Shown one piece after another: positions 11,624 to 19,104 of a stretch of DNA of 19,104 nucleotides (position 1 is its first letter; each line of letters begins with the position of its first letter). The position numbers and the translations under genes are program-made. The notes beneath the pieces are model-generated. The model was not told the origin of the DNA, did not search any database, and was given only the letters and a program-made list of their open reading frames with translations. Source of the DNA: Candidatus Subterrananammoxibius californiae (GTDB taxonomy: Bacteria; Planctomycetota; Brocadiia; Brocadiales; Subterrananammoxibiaceae); NCBI GenBank assembly GCA_030586555.1, contig JAURAC010000039.1:1-19104 (forward strand), in the 5' to 3' direction.

Positions 11624-13591
11624 ATGTCATCAGACTTATACATAGGTTTAAGCGGATTATTAACCGCCCAGAGGGCTCTCGAAATTGCAGGACACAACAT
11701 TGCAAATGCTAATACCCCTGGGTTTCACAGACAAGCCCCTGTCATTGTAACAGAGCTGCCAAGCGCATCCCCTATCGGTCCTATGGGCCGTGGTGCTAAA
11801 ATAGCTACAATCGAAAGATTAAGAGATGAATACTTAGAGTCACGTATGCTCGAACAGACATCCAGGCTCGGCTCGTTACAAATAATGGACCGTTTTTACA
11901 AGGAATTGGAACTTGTATTTAATGAATTTTCTGGCACTGGTCTTAACAATATTATATCAACATTTTTTAACGCATTACAGGAACTATCCCTTCACCCTGA
12001 GAGTATCAGCGTGAGGTCGCAAGTAGCTGAGAATGCTAAAACCCTCGCCGATTCATTTCAGCAACTGCATGGCGAACTTGGCAAGATGTTGACCTTTGTT
12101 AGAGAAGAAATTAAATCTAACGTTGACAGTGTAAACAACATAACAGGAGAATTGGCAGAATTAAACCAACTTATTATTTCAAGCCAGACCCCGGAAGGAA
12201 TGCCTAATGACTTAATGGATAGGCAGGATGCCCTGCTGGATGATTTAAGCAAGATTACGGGTTTATCAGCAGTACGCCAGGAAAATGGCACAATTAATGT
12301 GCTTTTATCGGGCCGTTTACTGGTCTCTGCAGATAGGGCTTATAAGTTGACGACAGACACTAATTCGGATGGGAATATAGAGGTATTCTTCGAGGGAGAT
12401 ACAACACCTATAAATATCACTAATGGTGAACTGAAAGGACTCCTCGATGTCCAGAATAACACAATCCCCGATTATCTTGATTATTTAAATAATCTTGCAT
12501 CCAGCATTATTAAGGAAATTAATAAAACGCATAGCGAAGGGGTAGGATTATCCGGCGGATTTACATCTGTTGTAAGTGCCAACGCTGTTTCTGACTCGAC
12601 CGTACCATTAAATACGACCAATCTGGGACTCCCTTTTACCCCTGTAAACGGCGAATTATATGTTACAGTAACTGATTCAGCAACCGGCGCTGTTACAAAA
12701 ACAAAGATTACTATTGACCCAGCCACAGATTCCCTTGACGACCTCGCAGGAATGATTGACGCCGTAACAAATCTTGACGCCACTATAAACAATGGCAAAT
12801 TAAGCATAACTGCAGCTTCCGGTTACAAATTCCATTTCACAAAAGCATTGGACCCCAACCCTGGTTCTATAGGAAGTTCGACTGTCAATATTTCAGGGGA
12901 TTATACGGGTGGAAATAATGACACCTATACATTCACAGCCCTGGGAACTGGTACAATAGGTTCTACTAATGGCCTGCAAATTGAGGTAAAGGACTCCGCC
13001 GGTAGCACGATTTCCATTCTTGACGTGGGAGACACATATACCCCCGGCAGTACCATAAACATTGGTAATGGAGTATCAGTTTCTTTCACAGAGGATAGTA
13101 TCACAACTGGCGACGGTCTTTCCTTCGATGTAATAAACGATTCGGATACCTCTGACATTCTTACTTCCCTCGGCATAAATATATTCTTTAACGGTAAGGA
13201 TGCCTCCGATATTTCATTATCTCAGGATATTACAGACAACCCATCCCTTATCGCAGCCGCCACAACAAGCTCACCCGGAGACAACACAAATGCGCTTAGA
13301 TTGGCTGATTTGCAATTTGCCAGTACTACCATCGGAAATGTCAGTACCACCTTTAGCGACTACTTGCATAGCTTTGAGACAACACTGGGAAACGAATCAA
13401 AACGTACAACAAGGGAAAACGACGCAGGCGTGGCGGCGCTTAACAACTTACAAAATAGAAGGAGTGAAACCTCAGGGGTTTCCATTGACGAAGAATTACT
13501 GAATCTGGTCAGATTTCAACGTGCCTATCAGGCATCTGCAAGATTTATTTCTGTAATTTCAGAATTAACTAATACCATATTTAACATATAG
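11624..13591 (+). CDS. flgK: Flagellar hook-associated protein 1 FlgK
   Basis: LYIGLSGL..AQRALE..GHNIANANTPGFHRQ, NDLMDRQD.LLD.LS, GELKGLL, GDNTNAL.LADL, SGVSIDEEL.NL.RFQRAYQASARFI. Confidence 0.95.
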   Translation: MSSDLYIGLSGLLTAQRALEIAGHNIANANTPGFHRQAPVIVTELPSASPIGPMGRGAKIATIERLRDEYLESRMLEQTSRLGSLQIMDRFYKELELVFNEFSGTGLNNIISTFFNALQELSLHPESISVRSQVAENAKTLADSFQQLHGELGKMLTFVREEIKSNVDSVNNITGELAELNQLIISSQTPEGMPNDLMDRQDALLDDLSKITGLSAVRQENGTINVLLSGRLLVSADRAYKLTTDTNSDGNIEVFFEGDTTPINITNGELKGLLDVQNNTIPDYLDYLNNLASSIIKEINKTHSEGVGLSGGFTSVVSANAVSDSTVPLNTTNLGLPFTPVNGELYVTVTDSATGAVTKTKITIDPATDSLDDLAGMIDAVTNLDATINNGKLSITAASGYKFHFTKALDPNPGSIGSSTVNISGDYTGGNNDTYTFTALGTGTIGSTNGLQIEVKDSAGSTISILDVGDTYTPGSTINIGNGVSVSFTEDSITTGDGLSFDVINDSDTSDILTSLGINIFFNGKDASDISLSQDITDNPSLIAAATTSSPGDNTNALRLADLQFASTTIGNVSTTFSDYLHSFETTLGNESKRTTRENDAGVAALNNLQNRRSETSGVSIDEELLNLVRFQRAYQASARFISVISELTNTIFNI

Positions 13592-13670
13592 GAACGAGGT
13601 TATGGGTTATAAGCTTTAAGTGTTTTATCTATCACCCATGACCTATTACCTTACCGAGGAGTTTAATTCT

Positions 13671-14597
13671 ATGCCTACCAAGGTCACACAGGACATGCTT
13701 ATAAGAAACACGTATTTTAACCTGCAGCGCAGCGCCGACAGGCTTCAAATGCTGCAGGAACAGCTTTCGAGCGGAAAAAGAATCAATCGCTTCTCAGATG
13801 ACCCAAATGGCGCAAGAAAGGCGCTTTTTTTACACTCTGAATCAAAGCAATTAGAACAATTCTCCGCCAACGTCCAGGAGGCAAAAGATGCGCTTACATT
13901 TTCTTCCTCTGTACTGGATGACATCGCTGGCACCCTCTCACGAATTAAGGACCTGAGTCTTCAAGCATCCGACGGCTCGTTAACACAAAAAGAAAGGTCT
14001 GCCATTGCGGTAGAAGTAAATGAGTTATTAGAAAGTCTTCTGACAAGTTCAAATTCTACAAGACTTGGGAAATACATATTCTCTGGCACAGAAACAGATA
14101 CACAGGCATTTGAGGCTACCCGCTCCGCCGATGGCAAAATAACAGACATGCAGTACAAAGGAAACCGAGAGGCTATAAAATACCAGATTGGACCGGGAAT
14201 AAACACCCAGGTCAACCGTACAGGTGATGAAATATTTTTGGATAATAATATCTTCTCAAGTCTAATTACACTTCGTGACACACTTGAGAATAAAAACAAT
14301 TTGTCTCAGCATGAGCAGATACAGGAAATCTCTAACCAAACAAGCTCAATAGATAATATGCATGCAAACATCCTTAATGAATCTGCTACATTGGGTGGAA
14401 AAACCAAGAGACTTGAACTTACGGAAAATAGACTCCGGGATGCACAGTTAGCCGTAGAGTCGCTGCGTTCAGACTTTGAAGACGCTGATACAACAGATGT
14501 CGTCCTCAAACTTAAGAATGAAGAAAACCTTTTTCAAGCCGCTCTTGCCTCTGGCGCAAGGGTTATCCAGCCCTCCTTACTTGACTTTCTCCGTTAG
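13671..14597 (+). CDS. flgL: Flagellar hook-associated protein 3 FlgL
   Basis: ATG at 13671 with SD GAGGAG; flagellin-like N-terminus QEQLSSGKRINRFSDDP, GKYIFSG, YKGN and C-terminus QAALAS.ARVIQPSLLDFLR; follows flgK. Confidence 0.94.
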   Translation: MPTKVTQDMLIRNTYFNLQRSADRLQMLQEQLSSGKRINRFSDDPNGARKALFLHSESKQLEQFSANVQEAKDALTFSSSVLDDIAGTLSRIKDLSLQASDGSLTQKERSAIAVEVNELLESLLTSSNSTRLGKYIFSGTETDTQAFEATRSADGKITDMQYKGNREAIKYQIGPGINTQVNRTGDEIFLDNNIFSSLITLRDTLENKNNLSQHEQIQEISNQTSSIDNMHANILNESATLGGKTKRLELTENRLRDAQLAVESLRSDFEDADTTDVVLKLKNEENLFQAALASGARVIQPSLLDFLR

Positions 14598-14654
14598 GTA
14601 GACAACGGCCTTTATGCCCGTTGAAATCAACGATGGTAAACATCGTTGTCTACC
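14597..14654. repeat. REPIN-like doublet of inverted GTAG REPs between convergent flgL and pilC; possible bidirectional terminator
   Basis: GGTAGACAACGGCC-tttat-GCCCGTTG (14597-14623) and the inverted CAACGATG-gtaaa-CATCGTTGTCTACC (14628-14654). Confidence 0.85.
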
Positions 14655-15864
14655 TCCTTACCATCTGCGTTAAGTCCCACATAGGCATGAAGATTGACAG
14701 GGCAAGGAAGGCAACCATAATGCCCAAAAATAGCAGTAAGATGGGTTCTACCAGCGTAGAAAGATTTTTGATAGCGTAATCAACCTCAGTGTCATAGTAT
14801 TGAGAGACCTTTGCAAGCATCTCATCCATCGCCCCAGTTTCCTCACCCACAGTAACCATTTGAACAACCATCGGTGGAAAAACAGAATATTCCTTCATCG
14901 GTTGTGCAAGCCCCTCTCCTTCCCTTACCCTTCCACGCAGTTCCTTTACGAGTTCTGCAATGAAGGCGTTACCGACGACATCGGATACGATGTCTAAGGC
15001 TTGCAATATAGGCAGTCCACTTTTATATAATGTTCCTAAAACCGAAGAAAATCTTGACATTGCCACCTTTAGAAATAGTGGTCCGATTATGGGAATCTTT
15101 ATCTTCAATGTATCCCACTGCCGCCTCCCTTTTTTGGTACGGATATACTGGTAAAACACCAGAAACCCTATCCCTACGACTCCGATAAGAACGTACCAAT
15201 AAGTATGAACCATGTGATTTATAAAAATAAGTATTCTTGTAGGCAGTGGGAGTGTAAGCCCTGCCCTCTCAAATATGCCGATAAATTTAGGCACGACGAA
15301 TGTCATCAGGATTGTAAAGGCTGCAGTAATACCGAGGACAACAATCTTTGGATACCTTGTGGCAGACTTAAGCCTTGCCCGTGTATCCCTTTCGTGTTCG
15401 GTTAACGCTACCAGCCGATTTAATATCTGGTCAAGTGTACCAGAAGCTTCGCCAGCCTTGACCATGCTAACGTAAAGCGCAGAAAAAACCCTGCCATGCT
15501 TTGATAAAGCATCTGAAAATGTGCTTCCTGCTTCTATATCACGCCTGACCTCAGTAATTATCCTTTTCAGTTTAGTCCCTTCGGTTTGAGTTGCAAGGGA
15601 CTCAAGAGCCCTTGAGAGCGGTATGCCAGCGTTTAACATTGTAGCCAGTTGACGGGTAAAGAGGATAAGGTGTTCTGTTTTTACCCATCTATATTTTTCT
15701 ATCAGATTTAAAGCTACGGTTTCTCCCCTTGCCTCTTCAAGAAAAACAGGGATATACCCCAGCCCGTAAAGTTGCAAACCTAACTTCTCGTAGCTCGGTG
15801 CTTCCATTGCGCCGGTTATTGCTTTACCGTATTTATCTCTTGCTTTATATCTATAGATGGGCAT
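14650..15864 (-). CDS. pilC: Type II secretion F family / type IV pilus platform protein (GspF/PilC/MshG-like)
   Basis: MPIYRYKARD..G....G.MEA, FTRQLATMLNAGIPL, LYVSMVKAGEASGTL, FVVPKF..IF...G..LPLPT, MVTVGEETG.MDEML.KV..YY, LVEPILL..LG.MV..L.LSIFMPMW. Confidence 0.92.
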   Translation of the reverse strand: MPIYRYKARDKYGKAITGAMEAPSYEKLGLQLYGLGYIPVFLEEARGETVALNLIEKYRWVKTEHLILFTRQLATMLNAGIPLSRALESLATQTEGTKLKRIITEVRRDIEAGSTFSDALSKHGRVFSALYVSMVKAGEASGTLDQILNRLVALTEHERDTRARLKSATRYPKIVVLGITAAFTILMTFVVPKFIGIFERAGLTLPLPTRILIFINHMVHTYWYVLIGVVGIGFLVFYQYIRTKKGRRQWDTLKIKIPIIGPLFLKVAMSRFSSVLGTLYKSGLPILQALDIVSDVVGNAFIAELVKELRGRVREGEGLAQPMKEYSVFPPMVVQMVTVGEETGAMDEMLAKVSQYYDTEVDYAIKNLSTLVEPILLLFLGIMVAFLALSIFMPMWDLTQMVRR

Positions 15865-15872
15865 AGTTCGTT

Positions 15873-15937
15873 AAAAATCAAAAATTAAAGAGCAAAGACC
15901 AAAAATATTTGATTTTTGATACTTGATATTTGATTTT
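15873..15937. repeat. Inverted heptamer array (AAAAATC)n / (ATTTGAT)n between pilB and pilC
   Basis: AAAAATC AAAAATT AAAGAGC AAAGACC AAAAAT, then ATTTGAT TTTTGAT ACTTGAT ATTTGAT. Confidence 0.7.
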
Positions 15938-17735
15938 AGCTTGGTTCCCCAACTGGAGAAACAATGGCAGTCTCAGTACGATTGTTCTGCACATTTTCTG
16001 CTTCACGTGCAGTAGTCACACGCAATACCTCTTCAATCGTAGTAATCCCTTTAAGAACCTTATCCACGCCATCCTCCCAGAGGGTCTTCATTCCTTGAGT
16101 TTCTCTGGCAAACTTTCTGATGGCACCGGCAGATTGACGTTCTAACACCATATTAGCAATTTGATTATCCACCAGCAGTAACTCGTAAATACCCTTTCTT
16201 CCTTTATACCCAGTCTGCCTGCAATTTTCACAACCATTTCCTTTGTAAATAAAGATGTCTCCGTTGTTTTCGGAAGGCAAATTCAATACCTTCAGAACGC
16301 TTTGATTAGGCTTATAAGGGGTCTTGCACTTGGGACAAATAGCACGAACAAGGCGCTGGGCAAGTATTCCTACTACCGAAGAAGAAACCAGGAATGGTTC
16401 TACTCCCATATCTATAAGACGGGTGAGTGCGCCAGATGAGTCATTGGTATGGAGAGTGCTAAAGACTAAGTGCCCCGTCATGGCGGCATGAATGGCTATC
16501 TCAGCAGTCTCGAAATCCCTTATTTCTCCCACCATAATAATATTGGGGTCCTGCCTGAGTATAGACCTCAATCCACTTGCAAACGTCAGCCCAGCCTTTG
16601 GATTCACCTGTGTTTGCCGAACAAAATTCAGGCGGTATTCCACGGGGTCCTCAATTGTTATAATATTTTTTTCCGGCGTATTCACCTTGTTTAATGACGC
16701 ATAAAGCGTAGTCGTTTTACCGCTCCCTGTCGGTCCCGTAATCAGAATAAAACCGTATGGCAATCCTATCAAGGCTTCGTATTTTTTTCGGGTCTCATCA
16801 GAAAATCCGAGGTCTTTTAATTCCACCAGTGCACTGGTCTGGTCGAGGATACGGATAACGACGTTCTCTCCGTAAATTGTAGGAAATGAGGAAATGCGCA
16901 ATTCGAAGTCCTTGTTTTGCTCACTTACCTTAAAGCGCCCATCTTGTGGGATTCTGGTCTCGGCAATATCCATCTGACCCAGAACCTTTATCCTCGAAAT
17001 AACCGCTGAGCGGACATATCTTGGAAGTGAAGACGCCTCATGCAATATACCGTCAACGCGGTATCGAATGCGCAAGTTACTTTCCTCCGGCTCGAGGTGA
17101 ATATCGCTTGCACCTTCCTTTATGGCTTTCAACATAATTGCATTGAGTAATTTGATCACTGGAGCCTCATCCACCACGCCCTTGGGAACCTCCTCAAGGG
17201 TTAATTCATTAAGCCTCTCGACCTCGACATCCTCATCAGCAGGCAGTGCCGCAAACCTTTCCTCTGCTATATTCTTTATAGCATCTTCAATGCTTTTATC
17301 ACCAATGCCGTAATATTTATCTATAGCCTCTTGAATAGAAGCCCTATTACTGACAGCAACCCCAATTTCACAATGGGTCCTATCCCTTATCTCATCTATA
17401 GTGGGAATATTTAAAGGATTTGCTATCGCTACAGTCAAGGTACTGCCTATCTTAAAGAGCGGCATTACAAGATGACGACGCGCCAAATCTTGTGGAATAA
17501 GACCAACGACTTTTTTATCCACCATATAGCGTCCTAAATCAACATAAGGAACCCCCAGTTGTCTTTCAAGGGTGCGGAGGATAGTTCCCTCTGTCGTCAA
17601 CCCCATAGCAATAAGTATTTCCCCTACAGGCCGATGTGCCTTCTTTTGCTCCTGAAGCACTCTTGCCAGTTGTTCTTCGTTTATTATCCCGGCGCTAATG
17701 AGCAAATCGCCGAGGCGCAATTTTTCTCTTCTCAT
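15936..17735 (-). CDS. pilB: GspE/PilB/MshE-family assembly ATPase with N-terminal MshEN domain
   Basis: ASDIHLEP, RYRVDG.L, PQDGRF, Walker A GPTGSGKTTTLY, TIEDPVEY, LRQDPNIIMVGEIRD, TGHLVFSTLHTN, Zn motif CPKC...CENC; N-terminal RLGDLLISAGIINEEQLARVLQEQ. Confidence 0.93.
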   Translation of the reverse strand: MRREKLRLGDLLISAGIINEEQLARVLQEQKKAHRPVGEILIAMGLTTEGTILRTLERQLGVPYVDLGRYMVDKKVVGLIPQDLARRHLVMPLFKIGSTLTVAIANPLNIPTIDEIRDRTHCEIGVAVSNRASIQEAIDKYYGIGDKSIEDAIKNIAEERFAALPADEDVEVERLNELTLEEVPKGVVDEAPVIKLLNAIMLKAIKEGASDIHLEPEESNLRIRYRVDGILHEASSLPRYVRSAVISRIKVLGQMDIAETRIPQDGRFKVSEQNKDFELRISSFPTIYGENVVIRILDQTSALVELKDLGFSDETRKKYEALIGLPYGFILITGPTGSGKTTTLYASLNKVNTPEKNIITIEDPVEYRLNFVRQTQVNPKAGLTFASGLRSILRQDPNIIMVGEIRDFETAEIAIHAAMTGHLVFSTLHTNDSSGALTRLIDMGVEPFLVSSSVVGILAQRLVRAICPKCKTPYKPNQSVLKVLNLPSENNGDIFIYKGNGCENCRQTGYKGRKGIYELLLVDNQIANMVLERQSAGAIRKFARETQGMKTLWEDGVDKVLKGITTIEEVLRVTTAREAENVQNNRTETAIVSPVGEPS

Positions 17736-17752
17736 TGTAGATACCCCAATCT

Positions 17753-17785
17753 GGTAGACAACGAGGTAGAACCTCGTTGTCTACC
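17753..17785. repeat. GTAG-type REP, perfect palindrome
   Basis: GGTAGACAACGAGGT-aga-ACCTCGTTGTCTACC, a 15-bp perfect stem; same GGTAGACAACG head as the copies at 5757, 14597 and 14654. Confidence 0.9.
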
Positions 17786-18989
17786 GACTTGACAGGACGT
17801 CCATGCGCCTTTTAACCTTGTCAATCAAGCCAGATTGGGTTAGGTGGTAAAGTTCTAAAAATTTTGAGTAATGAACCAATGCATTCTCAATCTCGCCATT
17901 CTCGTCATATATAACTGCCAGATTATATTGCGTTTCTGCATGTCGTGGGCTAATGGAGATTGCGGTTTGAAATGCCCTCGTAGCTTCGTCATAACGTTTT
18001 TGGATTCCGTATGCAATCCCAAGATTGGTGTAACTTTCCAAATTCTTGGGGTTAATCTCAATAGCCTTTTGGTAATGCCTGATTGCCTCGGAATAATTCT
18101 CTTTGATGAAATACACCACGCCCAAATTATTGTGTCCCACTTCTAACCCGGGGTCAATAGCAAGTGCCTTCTCGTATTCCTCAACTGCTTTATCCAAATC
18201 TCCTTTGTCCTTGTAAATCACCCCGAGATTAATATGAACCTCTGCATTATCAGGGTCAAGTTTGATAACCTGATTATACTCTTCAACCGCCTCCTCAAAT
18301 TCATCATTTTTTTGATGAAAGACGCCCATACCAAAGTGATAAGCTGCGTACCAGTCGTCGTTGCTTTGCCCATCTAAGGCGGGTTCTGGTAATGTTTGTG
18401 CTTCCTCTTCAACCCCATCTTCAGTAATCAGCGTTTCGACTTCACGGAACGGCTCATTGCGAGGGGAAGTAGTCTCCAAAGCAATCTCAAGTGATGGGAT
18501 TGTTCGCCACGGCGAATCTGCCTCAGGTATGACTTCGCCTTCGGCTCGCAATGACGATATTGAGGTAGAAGATTCAATGGTTTGAACTTCAACAGGCGGT
18601 ATAACCTCTTGTTGAGTTGGCTGCGCCACATCGGTTACCGATGAAGAAACTGGTCCGACAAGTTCATTGCCCTGAACCTGTGGAGGGGTAATGATGTTCT
18701 GAACGCTTTCAGGCGCTACAGGGGCTATTTCGTTCTTCACCTTTGCATACGAGGCAAAATCCACGTTATCTTTAAGACTAATCTCAACCTTTTTTCCATT
18801 ACTAAATTGAGGTATAAGATTGGTAAAATTGCATACATAATAGAAAACGACTGCGCCTGCAAGGACTGTTCCAAGAATAGAAACACTTAAAGGCGAGTCC
18901 CATCTTTTATTACCATCCTTATACGCATGGACTTGAGCGGAGTTTGCCTCATTTCGACTTTTATTCAATGCCTCGCCAATTAAGCTCAT
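17781..18989 (-). CDS. Membrane-anchored TPR protein (MshN/GspB-like architecture)
   Basis: MSLIGEALNK start, one TM segment (LSVSILGTVLAGAVVFYYV), a P/E/T-rich linker and five C-terminal 34-aa TPRs (e.g. AEVHINLGVIYKDKGDLDKAVEEYEKALAIDPGL); SD GGAG. Confidence 0.85.
   Translation of the reverse strand: MSLIGEALNKSRNEANSAQVHAYKDGNKRWDSPLSVSILGTVLAGAVVFYYVCNFTNLIPQFSNGKKVEISLKDNVDFASYAKVKNEIAPVAPESVQNIITPPQVQGNELVGPVSSSVTDVAQPTQQEVIPPVEVQTIESSTSISSLRAEGEVIPEADSPWRTIPSLEIALETTSPRNEPFREVETLITEDGVEEEAQTLPEPALDGQSNDDWYAAYHFGMGVFHQKNDEFEEAVEEYNQVIKLDPDNAEVHINLGVIYKDKGDLDKAVEEYEKALAIDPGLEVGHNNLGVVYFIKENYSEAIRHYQKAIEINPKNLESYTNLGIAYGIQKRYDEATRAFQTAISISPRHAETQYNLAVIYDENGEIENALVHYSKFLELYHLTQSGLIDKVKRRMDVLSSR
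18453..18555. repeat. Palindromic element (TCATTGCGAG...CTCGCAATGA) read through in frame in the TPR gene linker
   Basis: Terminal inverted repeat 18454-18463/18545-18554; internal GCAATCTC/GGGATTG arm; inner hairpin TTCGCC-ac-GGCGAA. Confidence 0.75.
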
Positions 18990-19029
18990 AATAATGCTCC
19001 TATATAATAGCGCAAAATTTACTATGGGG

Positions 19030-19104
19030 TTATATCTTTGTCTCTCTCAAATCTTCAATAGCCTTGCGTACAATAGCCCTATTGAATCTGGTAGTACCTT
19101 CCAC
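19030..19104 (-). CDS. C-terminus of an upstream gene, possibly an ExeA/GspA/MshM-like AAA ATPase (truncated by the window edge)
   Basis: The - strand reads VEGTTRFNRAIVRKAIEDLRETKI*. This resembles the end of ExeA-family AAA domains and lies upstream of TPR-E-F genes, but only 24 aa are visible. Confidence 0.4.
   Translation of the reverse strand: MEGTTRFNRAIVRKAIEDLRETKI

Noticed and set aside
13620..13670. N-terminal extension of flgL from GTG 13620
   Set aside because: It lies in a heptamer array, and the ATG at 13671 has a clear GAGGAG SD.

Overview
Most of the window is a + strand flagellar basal-body/hook cluster: 3' end of flgE, then flgF-flgG-flgA-flgH-flgI-flgJ-flgN-flgK-flgL. It converges on a - strand type IV pilus/T2SS (MSHA-like) module: a possible ExeA/MshM-like C-terminus, a TPR membrane protein, a GspE/PilB ATPase with an MshEN motif, and GspF/PilC. 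Between flgE and flgF lies a ~5.4 kb oppositely oriented insert, bracketed by inverted copies of a ~30-bp palindromic repeat. It carries a large secreted LVIVD beta-propeller/Cys-Asp-repeat protein and a DUF4160/DUF2442 putative toxin-antitoxin pair. The most striking signal is a (TATG)12 tract in the 5' end of the LVIVD gene: the ATG with a strong Shine-Dalgarno (5043) is out of frame with the gene body, and +1 or -2 repeat units would restore the frame, suggesting a phase-variable surface protein currently OFF. The window is also rich in small repeats: GTAG-type REP/REPIN hairpins (two supply stop codons, one has 11-bp flanking direct repeats), heptamer arrays in many intergenic gaps, and a nested palindromic element translated in frame inside the TPR gene. 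The repeat styles recall anammox Planctomycetota (Brocadiia), but this is an unverified impression. All family assignments are by eye; no searches were run.
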